From Actinomycetota bacterium (GTDB lineage Bacteria; Actinomycetota; Actinomycetes; S36-B12; UBA5976), in NCBI GenBank assembly GCA_947452765.1, contig CANGDR010000003.1:19561-83560 (forward strand): 64,000 nt of DNA, read 5' to 3'. Positions 19,949 through 29,453 of this stretch are shown in pieces; position 1 is the stretch's first letter, and each line of letters begins with the position of its first letter. The position numbers and the translations under genes were made by a program. A model generated the notes under the pieces. The model did not search any database and was not told where the DNA came from. It was given only the letters and a program-made list of their open reading frames with translations.

Positions 19949-22183
19949 ATGTCACTGGCCCAATCATCTACTGAACTTTCCGAGGCACTACAAATACGTT
20001 TTCCAAAAGGCCTAGAATCCACAATTCCGCAACAGTTACAGGAAGTTGTCGATACTTTACTTAAGTTTCACCCGTCTAGTGACATTGCAGAAATAACAAG
20101 AGCTTTCCAATTCGCAGATTATTTTCACCGCAGTCAATCCCGAAAATCAGGGGAGCAATACATTACCCATCCCATTGCGGTGGCTGGGATGCTGGCAGAC
20201 CTGGGTATGACAACGTCAACAATTATCGCGGCCTTACTGCACGACACTGTCGAAGATACTGAGTACGATCTTGCGCATCTCAGGGTTGATTTTGGTGATG
20301 AGGTTGCAAACTTAGTTGACGGCGTAACGAAGCTGGACAAAGTTAAATACGGACAAACATCAGCCTCTGAAACTGTTCGTAAAATGGTTGTCGCTATGGC
20401 CCGCGACATCCGTGTGCTCGTGATTAAGCTAGTCGATCGCCAACACAACATGCGCACCCTGGCTTTCCTACCTGCTGAGAAGCAAGAGCAAAAGGCTCGC
20501 GAAACTCTAGAAATATATGCACCACTGGCACATCGACTAGGTATGAATAGCATCAAATGGGAGCTAGAGGATCTAGCTTTCGCCTCGCTATACCCAAAGA
20601 TGTTCGAAGAAATTTCCAGATTAGTTGGCCAGCGAGCGCCTGCTCGTGATGAAAGTTTGCAGGAAATTGTTGGCGACGTCGATAAGGATCTGGCGGAGAA
20701 CAAAGTTGCCGCTGTCGTCTCGGGCCGTCCAAAGCACTTCTACAGCATTTATCAAAAGATGATTGTCCGTGGCCGCGACTTCGACGATATCTACGACCTG
20801 CTTGGCGTGCGAATTTTAGTGGAAAGCGTTCAAGACTGTTATGCCACACTTGGAATCATTCATAATCGATGGAGTCCGGTTCCAGGCAGATTTAAAGATT
20901 ACATCGCGATGCCAAAGTTCACTATGTATCAATCGCTTCACACCACTGTCATTGGACCTTATGGAAAACCGGTCGAGTTCCAGATCCGCACACATGAAAT
21001 GCATCGAGCCGCCGAATATGGCGTTGCCTCTCACTGGAGATATAAGCAAGAGAACGTTGCAGGTAAGTCTGGCCCCGATGATCTTGGCTGGGTTCGACAA
21101 CTTCTAGATTGGCAAAAAGAGACCGAAGATCCTGGTGACTTCTTGGATTCCCTGCGTGACGATCTGGGTGCATCTGAAGTTTATGTCTTCACACCGAAGG
21201 GCGAAGTGTTGGCTTTGCCAACTGGTAGCACGCCGATTGACTTTGCTTACGCAGTACACACCCAGGTGGGCGAGCGCTGTGTGGGAGCGCGGATCAATGG
21301 CAAATTGGTGCCGCTAGATTCCAAATTGACTAATGGCGATGCCGTGGAAATCATTACAAATAAATCTGACTCGGCTGGACCCAGTCGAGATTGGCTAAAT
21401 GTAGTTGCTAGTGCACGAGCGAAATCTAAGATTAAGGCCTGGTTCTCTAAGGAGCGCCGAGAAGAGGCGATCGAAATTGGCAAGGAATCCATAGTTCGAG
21501 CGATGAAGAAGCAGGGCGTTCCGCTACGCCTCTTGTCCAATAGCGTATTGACCGCCCTTGCGACCGAATCTAATTATGCAGATGTAAGCGCGCTATACGC
21601 CGCTGTCGGAGAAGGGCACCTCGGCGCGCAGACGGTAGTGACTAGATTGTTGGTATCGCTAGGTGGACATGAAGGGCTCTCCGAGGACGCTTCTGAAGTC
21701 GTGCTGCCGGGGAAAGTCTCAAATCGAAGGAATGAAAAGCCTGATCCCGGTATTACGGTAATTGGTGCTGATGACACTTGGGTCAAATTATCGAGATGCT
21801 GTACGCCCGTACCAGGTGACGAAGTGCTTGGGTTCGTTACCCGCGGCTCGGGTATTTCAGTCCACAGGACAGATTGCGTAAACGCGGATCAATTACGAGA
21901 GCAACCAGAACGCCTGATCGAAGTAGCTTGGACTCCAGGAGTTAGCAGCGTATTTCTAGTGAACATTCAGGTTGAAGCGCTAGATCGGGCCAGACTACTT
22001 TCGGATGTAACTAGAGCGCTTTCTGACCAGCACGTGAACATTTTGAATGCATCCGTTACAACTAGCCGTGATCGAGTCGCCATCTCGCGATTCACGTTTG
22101 AAATGGGCGATCCAGCGCATTTAAATCAAGTTCTGCGAGCTGTCCGAGGTATTGACGGAGTTTACGACGTTTATCGAGTTTGA
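19949..22183 (+). CDS. relA: bifunctional (p)ppGpp synthetase/hydrolase (RelA/SpoT homologue)
   Basis: 744 aa with HD domain ([13 protein letters not shown]), synthetase domain (YIAMPK..YQSLHT), and TGS and ACT C-terminal domains. Confidence 0.95.
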   Translation: MSLAQSSTELSEALQIRFPKGLESTIPQQLQEVVDTLLKFHPSSDIAEITRAFQFADYFHRSQSRKSGEQYITHPIAVAGMLADLGMTTSTIIAALLHDTVEDTEYDLAHLRVDFGDEVANLVDGVTKLDKVKYGQTSASETVRKMVVAMARDIRVLVIKLVDRQHNMRTLAFLPAEKQEQKARETLEIYAPLAHRLGMNSIKWELEDLAFASLYPKMFEEISRLVGQRAPARDESLQEIVGDVDKDLAENKVAAVVSGRPKHFYSIYQKMIVRGRDFDDIYDLLGVRILVESVQDCYATLGIIHNRWSPVPGRFKDYIAMPKFTMYQSLHTTVIGPYGKPVEFQIRTHEMHRAAEYGVASHWRYKQENVAGKSGPDDLGWVRQLLDWQKETEDPGDFLDSLRDDLGASEVYVFTPKGEVLALPTGSTPIDFAYAVHTQVGERCVGARINGKLVPLDSKLTNGDAVEIITNKSDSAGPSRDWLNVVASARAKSKIKAWFSKERREEAIEIGKESIVRAMKKQGVPLRLLSNSVLTALATESNYADVSALYAAVGEGHLGAQTVVTRLLVSLGGHEGLSEDASEVVLPGKVSNRRNEKPDPGITVIGADDTWVKLSRCCTPVPGDEVLGFVTRGSGISVHRTDCVNADQLREQPERLIEVAWTPGVSSVFLVNIQVEALDRARLLSDVTRALSDQHVNILNASVTTSRDRVAISRFTFEMGDPAHLNQVLRAVRGIDGVYDVYRV

Positions 22184-22185
22184 GA

Positions 22186-23415
22186 TTAACCCAGTTTTGA
22201 AGCGCCCGATTGAGCAGCTTCAAGCAAGGCTTTAGTTTGATCGATTTGAGCGGTTAGCTTCTCAACTTCAGAGGTCTTACCTGCAGTCACAGCTGCTGCT
22301 ACTTGCTTTTCAAGTTTTCCGAGGGCAGCTTCAAAGGAATTTACCAAAGTGTTCGCGCGTTCAACGACTTCAGGCTTAGAGCGATGCCAAATTTCTTCTT
22401 GCGCCTTGCGTATTGCATCTTCAACAACTTTTAGACGTCGTTCGACTTTATCTTTATCATTACGCGGGACCATGCCTGCCTTTTCCCATGCTTCCTGAAT
22501 GTCGCGTAGGGCAGTTTTAGCAGAATCCACGTTAGTGATAGGCAACAATGCCTCAGCTTTGATAAGTAGTTCAAGTTTAACTTCTAGGTTTTTTCCGAAT
22601 TCTTCATCACGGACAGAATTTGCAGCATTACGGGAACTAAAGAACTTGTCTTGTGCTGCCTTAAATTCTTTCCAAAGTTTGTCTTCGTCGCTCTTTCCGG
22701 CGCGAGCCAGACCCTTCCATTCGTCCATAAGCTTCTTGTAGGCCGTAGTTGTGGCAGCCCAGTCTGTGGTTTCTGCTAGGTCAGTAGCCTTAGCCACCAA
22801 CTTCTTCTTTGCTGCGATTGCTTCGCCTCTAGTGGCATCCAATGTGGAGAAGTGCGCACGACGAGCTTTATCAAAGGCTGATCTAGCGTGACTGAAGCGC
22901 TTCCAGAGTTCTTGCTCTTTAGCACGATCGCCAGAGGGCAATTTTTTCCAATCATCCAGGAGATTTTTGAATTTCTCACCCGAAACTTTCCAGGCTGTGG
23001 AATTAGCTAATGACTCAGCCAGTGCAACCATTTCTTCACGCTTAGAAAGTGCCTGAGCTTTGAGTTCGGCCTTCTTTGCTGCTGCTTCTACTTTGCGGGT
23101 TTCAATACTTGCAAGAAGTTGGTCTTTATGTGTCGAGAGGACAGAAAGGTCACCAAGTAAATTTGGGCTTTCTAGCGACTTCTCAATTCGGTCGATGAGA
23201 GAGGTTACTGACTCAAGGTTGCCCTTGCCGTCCTTAAGACGTGTTGCAGTCAATTCAATCTCGGCGACTAGGTCGTGGTAGCGCTTGGTGAAAAATCCAA
23301 GAGCTTCATCTGGTGTCCCGATTGTGTACTGTCCGATCTTTAAAGGTTCGCCATCACCCTTAAGAAACACGTTTCCTTGTTCGTCTACGTGTCCAAATTC
23401 ATTTGATGTGGTCAT
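22186..23415 (-). CDS. DUF349 repeat protein
   Basis: 409 aa. Charged helical repeats of the type ...W..A....KE.LW..F..A.D.F. Same position next to rel as in Streptomyces. Confidence 0.7.
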   Translation of the reverse strand: MTTSNEFGHVDEQGNVFLKGDGEPLKIGQYTIGTPDEALGFFTKRYHDLVAEIELTATRLKDGKGNLESVTSLIDRIEKSLESPNLLGDLSVLSTHKDQLLASIETRKVEAAAKKAELKAQALSKREEMVALAESLANSTAWKVSGEKFKNLLDDWKKLPSGDRAKEQELWKRFSHARSAFDKARRAHFSTLDATRGEAIAAKKKLVAKATDLAETTDWAATTTAYKKLMDEWKGLARAGKSDEDKLWKEFKAAQDKFFSSRNAANSVRDEEFGKNLEVKLELLIKAEALLPITNVDSAKTALRDIQEAWEKAGMVPRNDKDKVERRLKVVEDAIRKAQEEIWHRSKPEVVERANTLVNSFEAALGKLEKQVAAAVTAGKTSEVEKLTAQIDQTKALLEAAQSGASKLG

Positions 23416-23464
23416 GGCATTCCTTTTGTCGGGTCCCGTTAGGGCTCTTGATTACGCAATCCAA

Positions 23465-24268
23465 TTATGGCGTAGTTGTTACCTTGCTAATTACTACCGC
23501 TTGATTTGGAAGGCCATCGGTGCCACCACCGGAAACTCCAGCAGCAGCAACCTTATCTAGCCAATTCAAACCAGAGGTTATGGTTCCCCAAACGCTGTAA
23601 TTAGGTGGAAGTGGTGAATCCTTATAGACCAGGAAGAATTGGCTGCCGTTTGTATTAGGGCCGCTGTTTGCCATAGCAACTGTGCCACGGGGATATACAT
23701 ACGTGGTAGCAGAACCAGCCTTCGGAAGATTTTCATCTGCAAAAGAGAAGCCGGGACTGCCAGTTCCTCTGCCAGAAGGATCGCCACACTGAAGGACAAA
23801 AATTCCTTGCGTAGTTAAGCGATGGCACGAAGTGTTGTCAAAGAAACTTTTTTGGGCTAGCCAGCCAATCGTGCCACTTGTATTTGGAGCAGCCGGATCA
23901 GCAGCAATAACAAGGTCACCACAGTTAGTCGAAATAGTTAGGTTGGTAATGCTTGGAATATCTTTTGGCTTACTACCAAACACAATATTGTTTGCTCTTG
24001 GACTAGCTGGTTTCTGGCAACCATCGATCGGCGCATTTGTTGAGATTGGTGCCGCGGAAGAGTCGGCATTTGGACTTTGTGTCGCAGACGCTGCTGAATT
24101 TGAAGCAGGCTTAGTTTGGTTGTAGACCACAAAACCAAGTACCGCGAGCACGCTGACTGCTGCGGATATTCGACGAATTAACCGATTACGCGCTTGTTTT
24201 GTGTTGCGTCGGATCTGCTGGCGCTCGTACTTGGCGCGGGCTATTTCTCGTTCACGTTTTGAAGTCAC
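23465..24268 (-). CDS. membrane-anchored cyclophilin-type peptidyl-prolyl isomerase
   Basis: 267 aa with a basic N-terminus, a TM helix, a low-complexity linker and a cyclophilin core (FHR-like CHRLTT, QCGDP, GTVAMAN, NGSQFF). Confidence 0.85.
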   Translation of the reverse strand: MTSKREREIARAKYERQQIRRNTKQARNRLIRRISAAVSVLAVLGFVVYNQTKPASNSAASATQSPNADSSAAPISTNAPIDGCQKPASPRANNIVFGSKPKDIPSITNLTISTNCGDLVIAADPAAPNTSGTIGWLAQKSFFDNTSCHRLTTQGIFVLQCGDPSGRGTGSPGFSFADENLPKAGSATTYVYPRGTVAMANSGPNTNGSQFFLVYKDSPLPPNYSVWGTITSGLNWLDKVAAAGVSGGGTDGLPNQAVVISKVTTTP

Positions 24269-24345
24269 AATTAGGCATTCTACGGTGCCAGAGATGTAGA
24301 CAATATCGCGGTAGCCTTGAGGAATTCCCGAGTAATTGAGAGATT

Positions 24346-25035
24346 ATGCTAATTAAAAGCTTTCCTGCCGGTCCCTGGCAGACCAACTGTTACGTGATCG
24401 CTCCTGGTCCGAATAGTGAATGTTTGATAATAGACCCTGGCAGGAAGGCGGCCGCGGGCATCAAGGAATTGCTGAAAGAGCACAATCTGAGGCCAATTGC
24501 AGCCATGTTGACGCATGGTCACATCGACCACATGTGGTCGATTTTCCCGATTGCTAACGGCTACGGAATACCAGCGTTCGTTCATGGTTCAGACCGATAT
24601 TTGATTAATGATCCAACTCAAGCGATGTCAATCGAAACGCAGAACTCCCTAATTTCCATGATGGATAGTGACGATGTCTTTGCTGAACCAGATGACCTGC
24701 GTGAAATTGCAGACAACATGACACTGGAGCTTGCTGGATTCGACATCAAGATTCGACATGCACCTGGGCATACCCAAGGGTCAGTGCTCTTCGATTTCCA
24801 GCACGATCGACCACAGGTATTCACGGGAGACGTGCTATTCGCAGGTGCAATCGGCAGAACTGATTTGCCTGGTGGGTCACCAGCTCAGATGGATGAATCG
24901 CTTCGCGACGTGGTCTTAAAACTTGATGATGCAGCTATGGTTTATCCGGGTCACGGCCCGGCAAGCGACATGGAGACAGAGCGCAAAACAAATCAATATC
25001 TATTGCGAGTCGCAAGTGGGCAGAGTGCCGTATGA
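24346..25035 (+). CDS. MBL-fold metallo-hydrolase (glyoxalase II-like)
   Basis: 229 aa with the THGHIDH metal-binding motif. Confidence 0.8.
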   Translation: MLIKSFPAGPWQTNCYVIAPGPNSECLIIDPGRKAAAGIKELLKEHNLRPIAAMLTHGHIDHMWSIFPIANGYGIPAFVHGSDRYLINDPTQAMSIETQNSLISMMDSDDVFAEPDDLREIADNMTLELAGFDIKIRHAPGHTQGSVLFDFQHDRPQVFTGDVLFAGAIGRTDLPGGSPAQMDESLRDVVLKLDDAAMVYPGHGPASDMETERKTNQYLLRVASGQSAV

Positions 25036-26297
25036 GCGAGTTGTTCAAAGCTCCGAAGGGCACTTACGATGTCGTACCGCCGTTCTCTGCAACTTGGTTA
25101 GCAGTTCGTAAGGCGCTTTCGACACCGCCGATAAATTCAGGTTACGGGTACATCGAGACTCCGATATTCGAAGACACTGCACTTTTTGTCCGCGGAGTAG
25201 GCGAGTCAACGGATGTAGTTTCCAAAGAGATGTACACATTCGAAGATAAAGGCGGCCGCAGCCTGACTTTGAAGCCAGAAGGAACTGCCGGAGTTCTTCG
25301 CGCCATGCTGGAGAATCGAATGGATCGTGGTGCGTTGCCAGCAAAAGTTTGGTACACCGGTCCGCACTTCCGATACGAACAACCGCAATCTGGACGTTAT
25401 CGGCAACACACACAAGTAGGCGTAGAGGCAATCGGATCTTCCGACCCAGCACTTGATGCCGAAGTTATCTGGATGGCGATCTATGCGCAGCGAGAGATTC
25501 TTGGACTTAAGCAAGTTCGCTTACTCGTAAATTCACTTGGTTGTCACAACTGTCGCCCAGAGTATCGAAAAATTCTGGTAGCTTTCCTTGATACCTGTGA
25601 TCTAGATGAGGCTACCCGCGCTCGCGTTCTAATTAATCCCTTGCGAGTCTTAGACGACAAGCGCAAAGAGGTACAAGATCAGCTGACGGAAGCACCTCTA
25701 ATGCCAGATTTCTTGTGCGCAGATTGTGCCGAGCACCATGTGAAGGTTCTTGGTTTTCTTGATGCACTTGGGGTTGTTTACGAGCAGGCACCAAGACTAG
25801 TTAGAGGTTTGGACTACTACGTACGAACAACATTTGAATGCGTGCATGATGGCTTAGGCGCACAATCTGCGATTGGTGGTGGCGGCAGATACGACGGGCT
25901 GATCGAAACTCTAGGTGGTCCACCAATGGCCGGCGTTGGATTTGGATTGGGTGTTGATCGCACTTGCCTTGCAGTCCAAGCCGAAGGCATAGAACTTTCC
26001 AACGATTCGCAGATTGATGCATTTCTCATTCCGATTGGTGAAGCATCCCAACTTTTAGTAATAGCCCTAGCGGGAAAGTTGCGCGGAAGTGGCATTGTTA
26101 GTGACATCGCGTTTGACGGCCGGAGCATTAAAGCTGCAATGAAGAGCGCAGATCGCAGTGGCGCCCGTTACGCAATTCTCATCGGAGATGAGGAGTTAGC
26201 TAGCTCGACCGTAATCCTCAAAGACCTGGTTATTGGAACCCAAGAAACAGTGGCCGTAGACTCGGTAATCGAAACCCTAATCGCACGTTTGAACTAG
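25032..26297 (+). CDS. hisS: histidine--tRNA ligase
   Basis: 421 aa. Class II motifs (FRYEQPQSGRYRQ, GGGRYD). ATGA overlap with the upstream gene. Confidence 0.95.
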   Translation: MSELFKAPKGTYDVVPPFSATWLAVRKALSTPPINSGYGYIETPIFEDTALFVRGVGESTDVVSKEMYTFEDKGGRSLTLKPEGTAGVLRAMLENRMDRGALPAKVWYTGPHFRYEQPQSGRYRQHTQVGVEAIGSSDPALDAEVIWMAIYAQREILGLKQVRLLVNSLGCHNCRPEYRKILVAFLDTCDLDEATRARVLINPLRVLDDKRKEVQDQLTEAPLMPDFLCADCAEHHVKVLGFLDALGVVYEQAPRLVRGLDYYVRTTFECVHDGLGAQSAIGGGGRYDGLIETLGGPPMAGVGFGLGVDRTCLAVQAEGIELSNDSQIDAFLIPIGEASQLLVIALAGKLRGSGIVSDIAFDGRSIKAAMKSADRSGARYAILIGDEELASSTVILKDLVIGTQETVAVDSVIETLIARLN

Positions 26298-26314
26298 TCC
26301 AAAAAGGAACCTGA

Positions 26315-28051
26315 ATGCTAAGAAGTATGGATGCTGGCGCGCTCCGTCTAAGCGATGCCGGATCACAAGTAACCCTCGCAGGCTGGGTTGGAAAACGCCG
26401 CGACCATGGCGGGATAGCATTCCTAGATTTACGAGACTCATCTGGCACGGTTCAGGTGGTTGTGCGAGACGAATCAGTCGCACATGACTTGAGATCTGAG
26501 TTCTGCCTGCAAATTATTGGCACCGTAGCTGCCCGACCTGAGGGTAACGAAAACTCTGAAATCGCCACAGGGGAGATTGAAGTGATTGCGGATGAAGTTG
26601 TCGTGCTTAGCAAAAGTGCAGCATTACCATTTCCGATAGACGATGCAATAAACGTGGGTGAAGAAACACGACTTAAGTACCGTTACTTAGATTTGCGACG
26701 CCCTAGTGCTGGAAACATTCTGCGCATGCGTAGTGATGTAAATCGCCTAGCACGCGAAGTTCTACACAAACGAAACTTTATTGAGATTGAAACCCCAACT
26801 TTGACTCGATCTACTCCCGAGGGCGCGCGCGACTTTTTAGTTCCAGTTCGGTTACAACCGGGACACTGGTACGCACTTCCACAGAGTCCGCAGCTTTTCA
26901 AACAACTTCTTATGGTTGCTGGCATGGAGCGCTATTACCAGATCGCTCGGTGTTACCGCGATGAAGACTTCCGCAAGGATCGGCAACCAGAATTTACGCA
27001 GCTCGATATCGAAATGAGTTTCGTTGAGCAGGAAGACATTCTTGAAGTTGGCGAGGCTATTGTAAGAAATCTCTGGCAGGGAACACTCGATTACAAAATC
27101 GGTGACTTCCCACGAATGACCTACTTCCAAGCCATGGATCGTTACGGCTCCGACAAGCCAGACTTACGATTCTTAATCGAACTGACGGAATGTACTGATT
27201 ACTTCAAGACAACGGAGTTCCGGGTATTCCAGAATGAATATGTCGGTGCAGTTGTTATGCCTGGCGGCGCCGATCAGCCACGACGTGCATTTGATGCCTG
27301 GCAAGAGTGGGCCAAACAGCGCGGCGCAAAGGGTTTGGCGTACGTTACATTCGAGGCGGACGGAACACTTGGTGGGCCTGTTGCTAAAAACCTTTCTGAT
27401 TCCGAGCGTGATGGACTTGCCGCGCACTTGGGTGCTAAGCCAGGAGACTGCGCCTTCTTTGGTGCGGGCCCTAAATCAACTACGCAGCAACTTCTTGGTG
27501 CTGTGCGCCAAGAAGTAGGCGAGCGGTGTGGCTTGATCAACGAGGATGAATGGTCATTCTTGTGGATCGTGGACGCTCCAATGTTTGAAAGGACAGATGA
27601 CGGCGGCTGGACTGCAGTTCATCATCCATTTACTTCACCAAATGCAGAGTGGGTTGATCGTTTCGAAGAGGCGCCGGATCAAGCACTCGCCTGGGCATAC
27701 GACATAGTCTGCAATGGCAACGAGATCGGTGGCGGTTCGATCCGTATCCATCGCGGCGACGTTCAAGAGCGAGTTTTCAAACTACTGGGTTTGAGCGATG
27801 AGGAAGCCAAAGAGAAGTTCGGCTTCTTACTTGATGCATTTGCGTACGGTCCACCGCCACATGGTGGCATTGCTTTTGGCTGGGATCGAATTTGCATGCT
27901 ACTTTCTGGTGCGCCGAGTTTGCGTGATGTGATTGCATTTCCAAAGACCGGTGCAGGTTTCGATCCGTTAACTAGTGCGCCGACACCGATTACAGCGCAG
28001 CAACGTTTAGAAGCTGGAATTGATGCAGATCCGTTTGCCGAGTCTGAGTAA
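26315..28051 (+). CDS. aspS: aspartate--tRNA ligase
   Basis: 578 aa with an OB-fold N-terminus and class II core (QSPQLFKQ, [16 protein letters not shown], GGGSIR). Confidence 0.95.
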   Translation: MLRSMDAGALRLSDAGSQVTLAGWVGKRRDHGGIAFLDLRDSSGTVQVVVRDESVAHDLRSEFCLQIIGTVAARPEGNENSEIATGEIEVIADEVVVLSKSAALPFPIDDAINVGEETRLKYRYLDLRRPSAGNILRMRSDVNRLAREVLHKRNFIEIETPTLTRSTPEGARDFLVPVRLQPGHWYALPQSPQLFKQLLMVAGMERYYQIARCYRDEDFRKDRQPEFTQLDIEMSFVEQEDILEVGEAIVRNLWQGTLDYKIGDFPRMTYFQAMDRYGSDKPDLRFLIELTECTDYFKTTEFRVFQNEYVGAVVMPGGADQPRRAFDAWQEWAKQRGAKGLAYVTFEADGTLGGPVAKNLSDSERDGLAAHLGAKPGDCAFFGAGPKSTTQQLLGAVRQEVGERCGLINEDEWSFLWIVDAPMFERTDDGGWTAVHHPFTSPNAEWVDRFEEAPDQALAWAYDIVCNGNEIGGGSIRIHRGDVQERVFKLLGLSDEEAKEKFGFLLDAFAYGPPPHGGIAFGWDRICMLLSGAPSLRDVIAFPKTGAGFDPLTSAPTPITAQQRLEAGIDADPFAESE

Positions 28052-29371
28052 ATGAGCGAATCGCTATTCGATCAAGGTAGTGGTGCATCACCACTTGCGG
28101 TTCGAATGCGACCACGTACGCTGGCAGAATTTGTCGGTCAATCGCGCGCAGTAGCACCAGGCAGTCCGCTACACCGGCTTTTGCAACCAGGCGATGAAAC
28201 GAGTAAATCTTCGGTCATTATTTGGGGGCCGCCAGGTACAGGTAAAACCACCCTTGCGCAGTTGATAGCCCGCGCTGGGTCGGCTAAATTCATGGAACTT
28301 TCGGCAATCAACGCTGGTGTTAAAGACGTTCGCGATATTATTTCGACAGCCCAAGAGAACAAATCACTGTATGGCGTTTCGACTGTGCTATTTGTGGATG
28401 AGGTCCATAGATTTAACAAGACTCAACAAGACGCGCTACTCCCTGGAGTAGAAAATGGCTGGGTTACGTTAGTTGCGGCCACAACTGAGAATCCATCCTT
28501 CTCAGTTATTTCACCATTGCTATCACGTTCGCTAATGGTGACACTTAGCGAACTATCTGAAACTGATATTCGCGCGTTAATAGATCGTGCAACCATCGAT
28601 CCGCGAGGTTTGAATGGCTCGGTTGTTGTAAGCGAAGAAGCAATGGCCATGTTAACTAGGCTTGCAGGTGGGGATGCCAGACGTGCGTTGACAGTTTTAG
28701 AGGCCGCTTCGGAAGTTACGTTGAGCGAACAACGTATGGAAGTGACAGTCGATGACGTTTCCGCTGCAAGCGACCATAACGTGGTCAGGTATGACCGAAG
28801 CGGCGATCAACACTACGACGTAATAAGTGCCTTTATTAAGAGCATCAGAGGGTCCGATGTCGATGCAGCCCTGCACTATCTAGCGCGAATGCTCGAGGCA
28901 GGCGAGGACCCAAGGTTTATCGCACGACGATTATTGATTTCTGCGAGCGAAGACATTGGACTAGCAGACAATGAGGCGCTTACCCTCGCTGTTGCTGCCG
29001 CACAAACTGTTGCGTTAATAGGCATGCCTGAGGCACGCATTACATTGGCGCACGTAACAGTCGCACTCGCGCTGGCACCGAAATCAAACAGCGCCTACCT
29101 AGCAATAGATGCTGCGATTGCTGATGTTCGAGCAGGTGACATCGGAGTAGTGCCACCTCACTTACGCGATAGCCACTACGCCCGCGCGGGGGATCTCGGT
29201 CATGGCGTTGGCTATCTATATCCACATGACATTTCAGAAGGAGTCGCAGCACAACAGTATTTACCTGCCGCACTCATCGACGCTGAATATTTCAAACCGA
29301 CTGTTCGTGGAAACGAATCATTGATAAACCCGTTATGGGCAAAAATTCGAGAGCTTTTAGGACGCAAATGA
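28052..29371 (+). CDS. rarA: replication-associated recombination protein A (RarA/MgsA AAA+ ATPase)
   Basis: 439 aa. Walker A GPPGTGKTT, Walker B LFVDEVHRFNK, and the MgsA C-terminal domain. The start abuts the aspS stop. Confidence 0.9.
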   Translation: MSESLFDQGSGASPLAVRMRPRTLAEFVGQSRAVAPGSPLHRLLQPGDETSKSSVIIWGPPGTGKTTLAQLIARAGSAKFMELSAINAGVKDVRDIISTAQENKSLYGVSTVLFVDEVHRFNKTQQDALLPGVENGWVTLVAATTENPSFSVISPLLSRSLMVTLSELSETDIRALIDRATIDPRGLNGSVVVSEEAMAMLTRLAGGDARRALTVLEAASEVTLSEQRMEVTVDDVSAASDHNVVRYDRSGDQHYDVISAFIKSIRGSDVDAALHYLARMLEAGEDPRFIARRLLISASEDIGLADNEALTLAVAAAQTVALIGMPEARITLAHVTVALALAPKSNSAYLAIDAAIADVRAGDIGVVPPHLRDSHYARAGDLGHGVGYLYPHDISEGVAAQQYLPAALIDAEYFKPTVRGNESLINPLWAKIRELLGRK

Positions 29372-29453
29372 GCCTTTGGGGCGCTAATTCGTTAGGGTTT
29401 AGGGGTGTAACAGAGTCCCTGTTAGGCGCCGAGGTAGGAGAAGGTCGATAACT

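Noticed and set aside
20134-20703. 189-aa antisense ORF inside rel. Similar long antisense ORFs occur at 41944-42441, 52009-52512, 38844-39245, 4928-5419 and 12065-12346.
   Set aside because: Each lies fully antisense to a strongly conserved gene and has a low-complexity Ser/Arg/Ala-rich translation with no RBS. These are typical shadow ORFs.
29379-29433. An imperfect long-range inverted repeat (GGCGCTAA ... TTAGGCGCC) in the alaS leader, considered as a T-box or autoregulatory structure.
   Set aside because: No T-box specifier or antiterminator motifs are present. The stem is short and bulged, so the evidence is insufficient.
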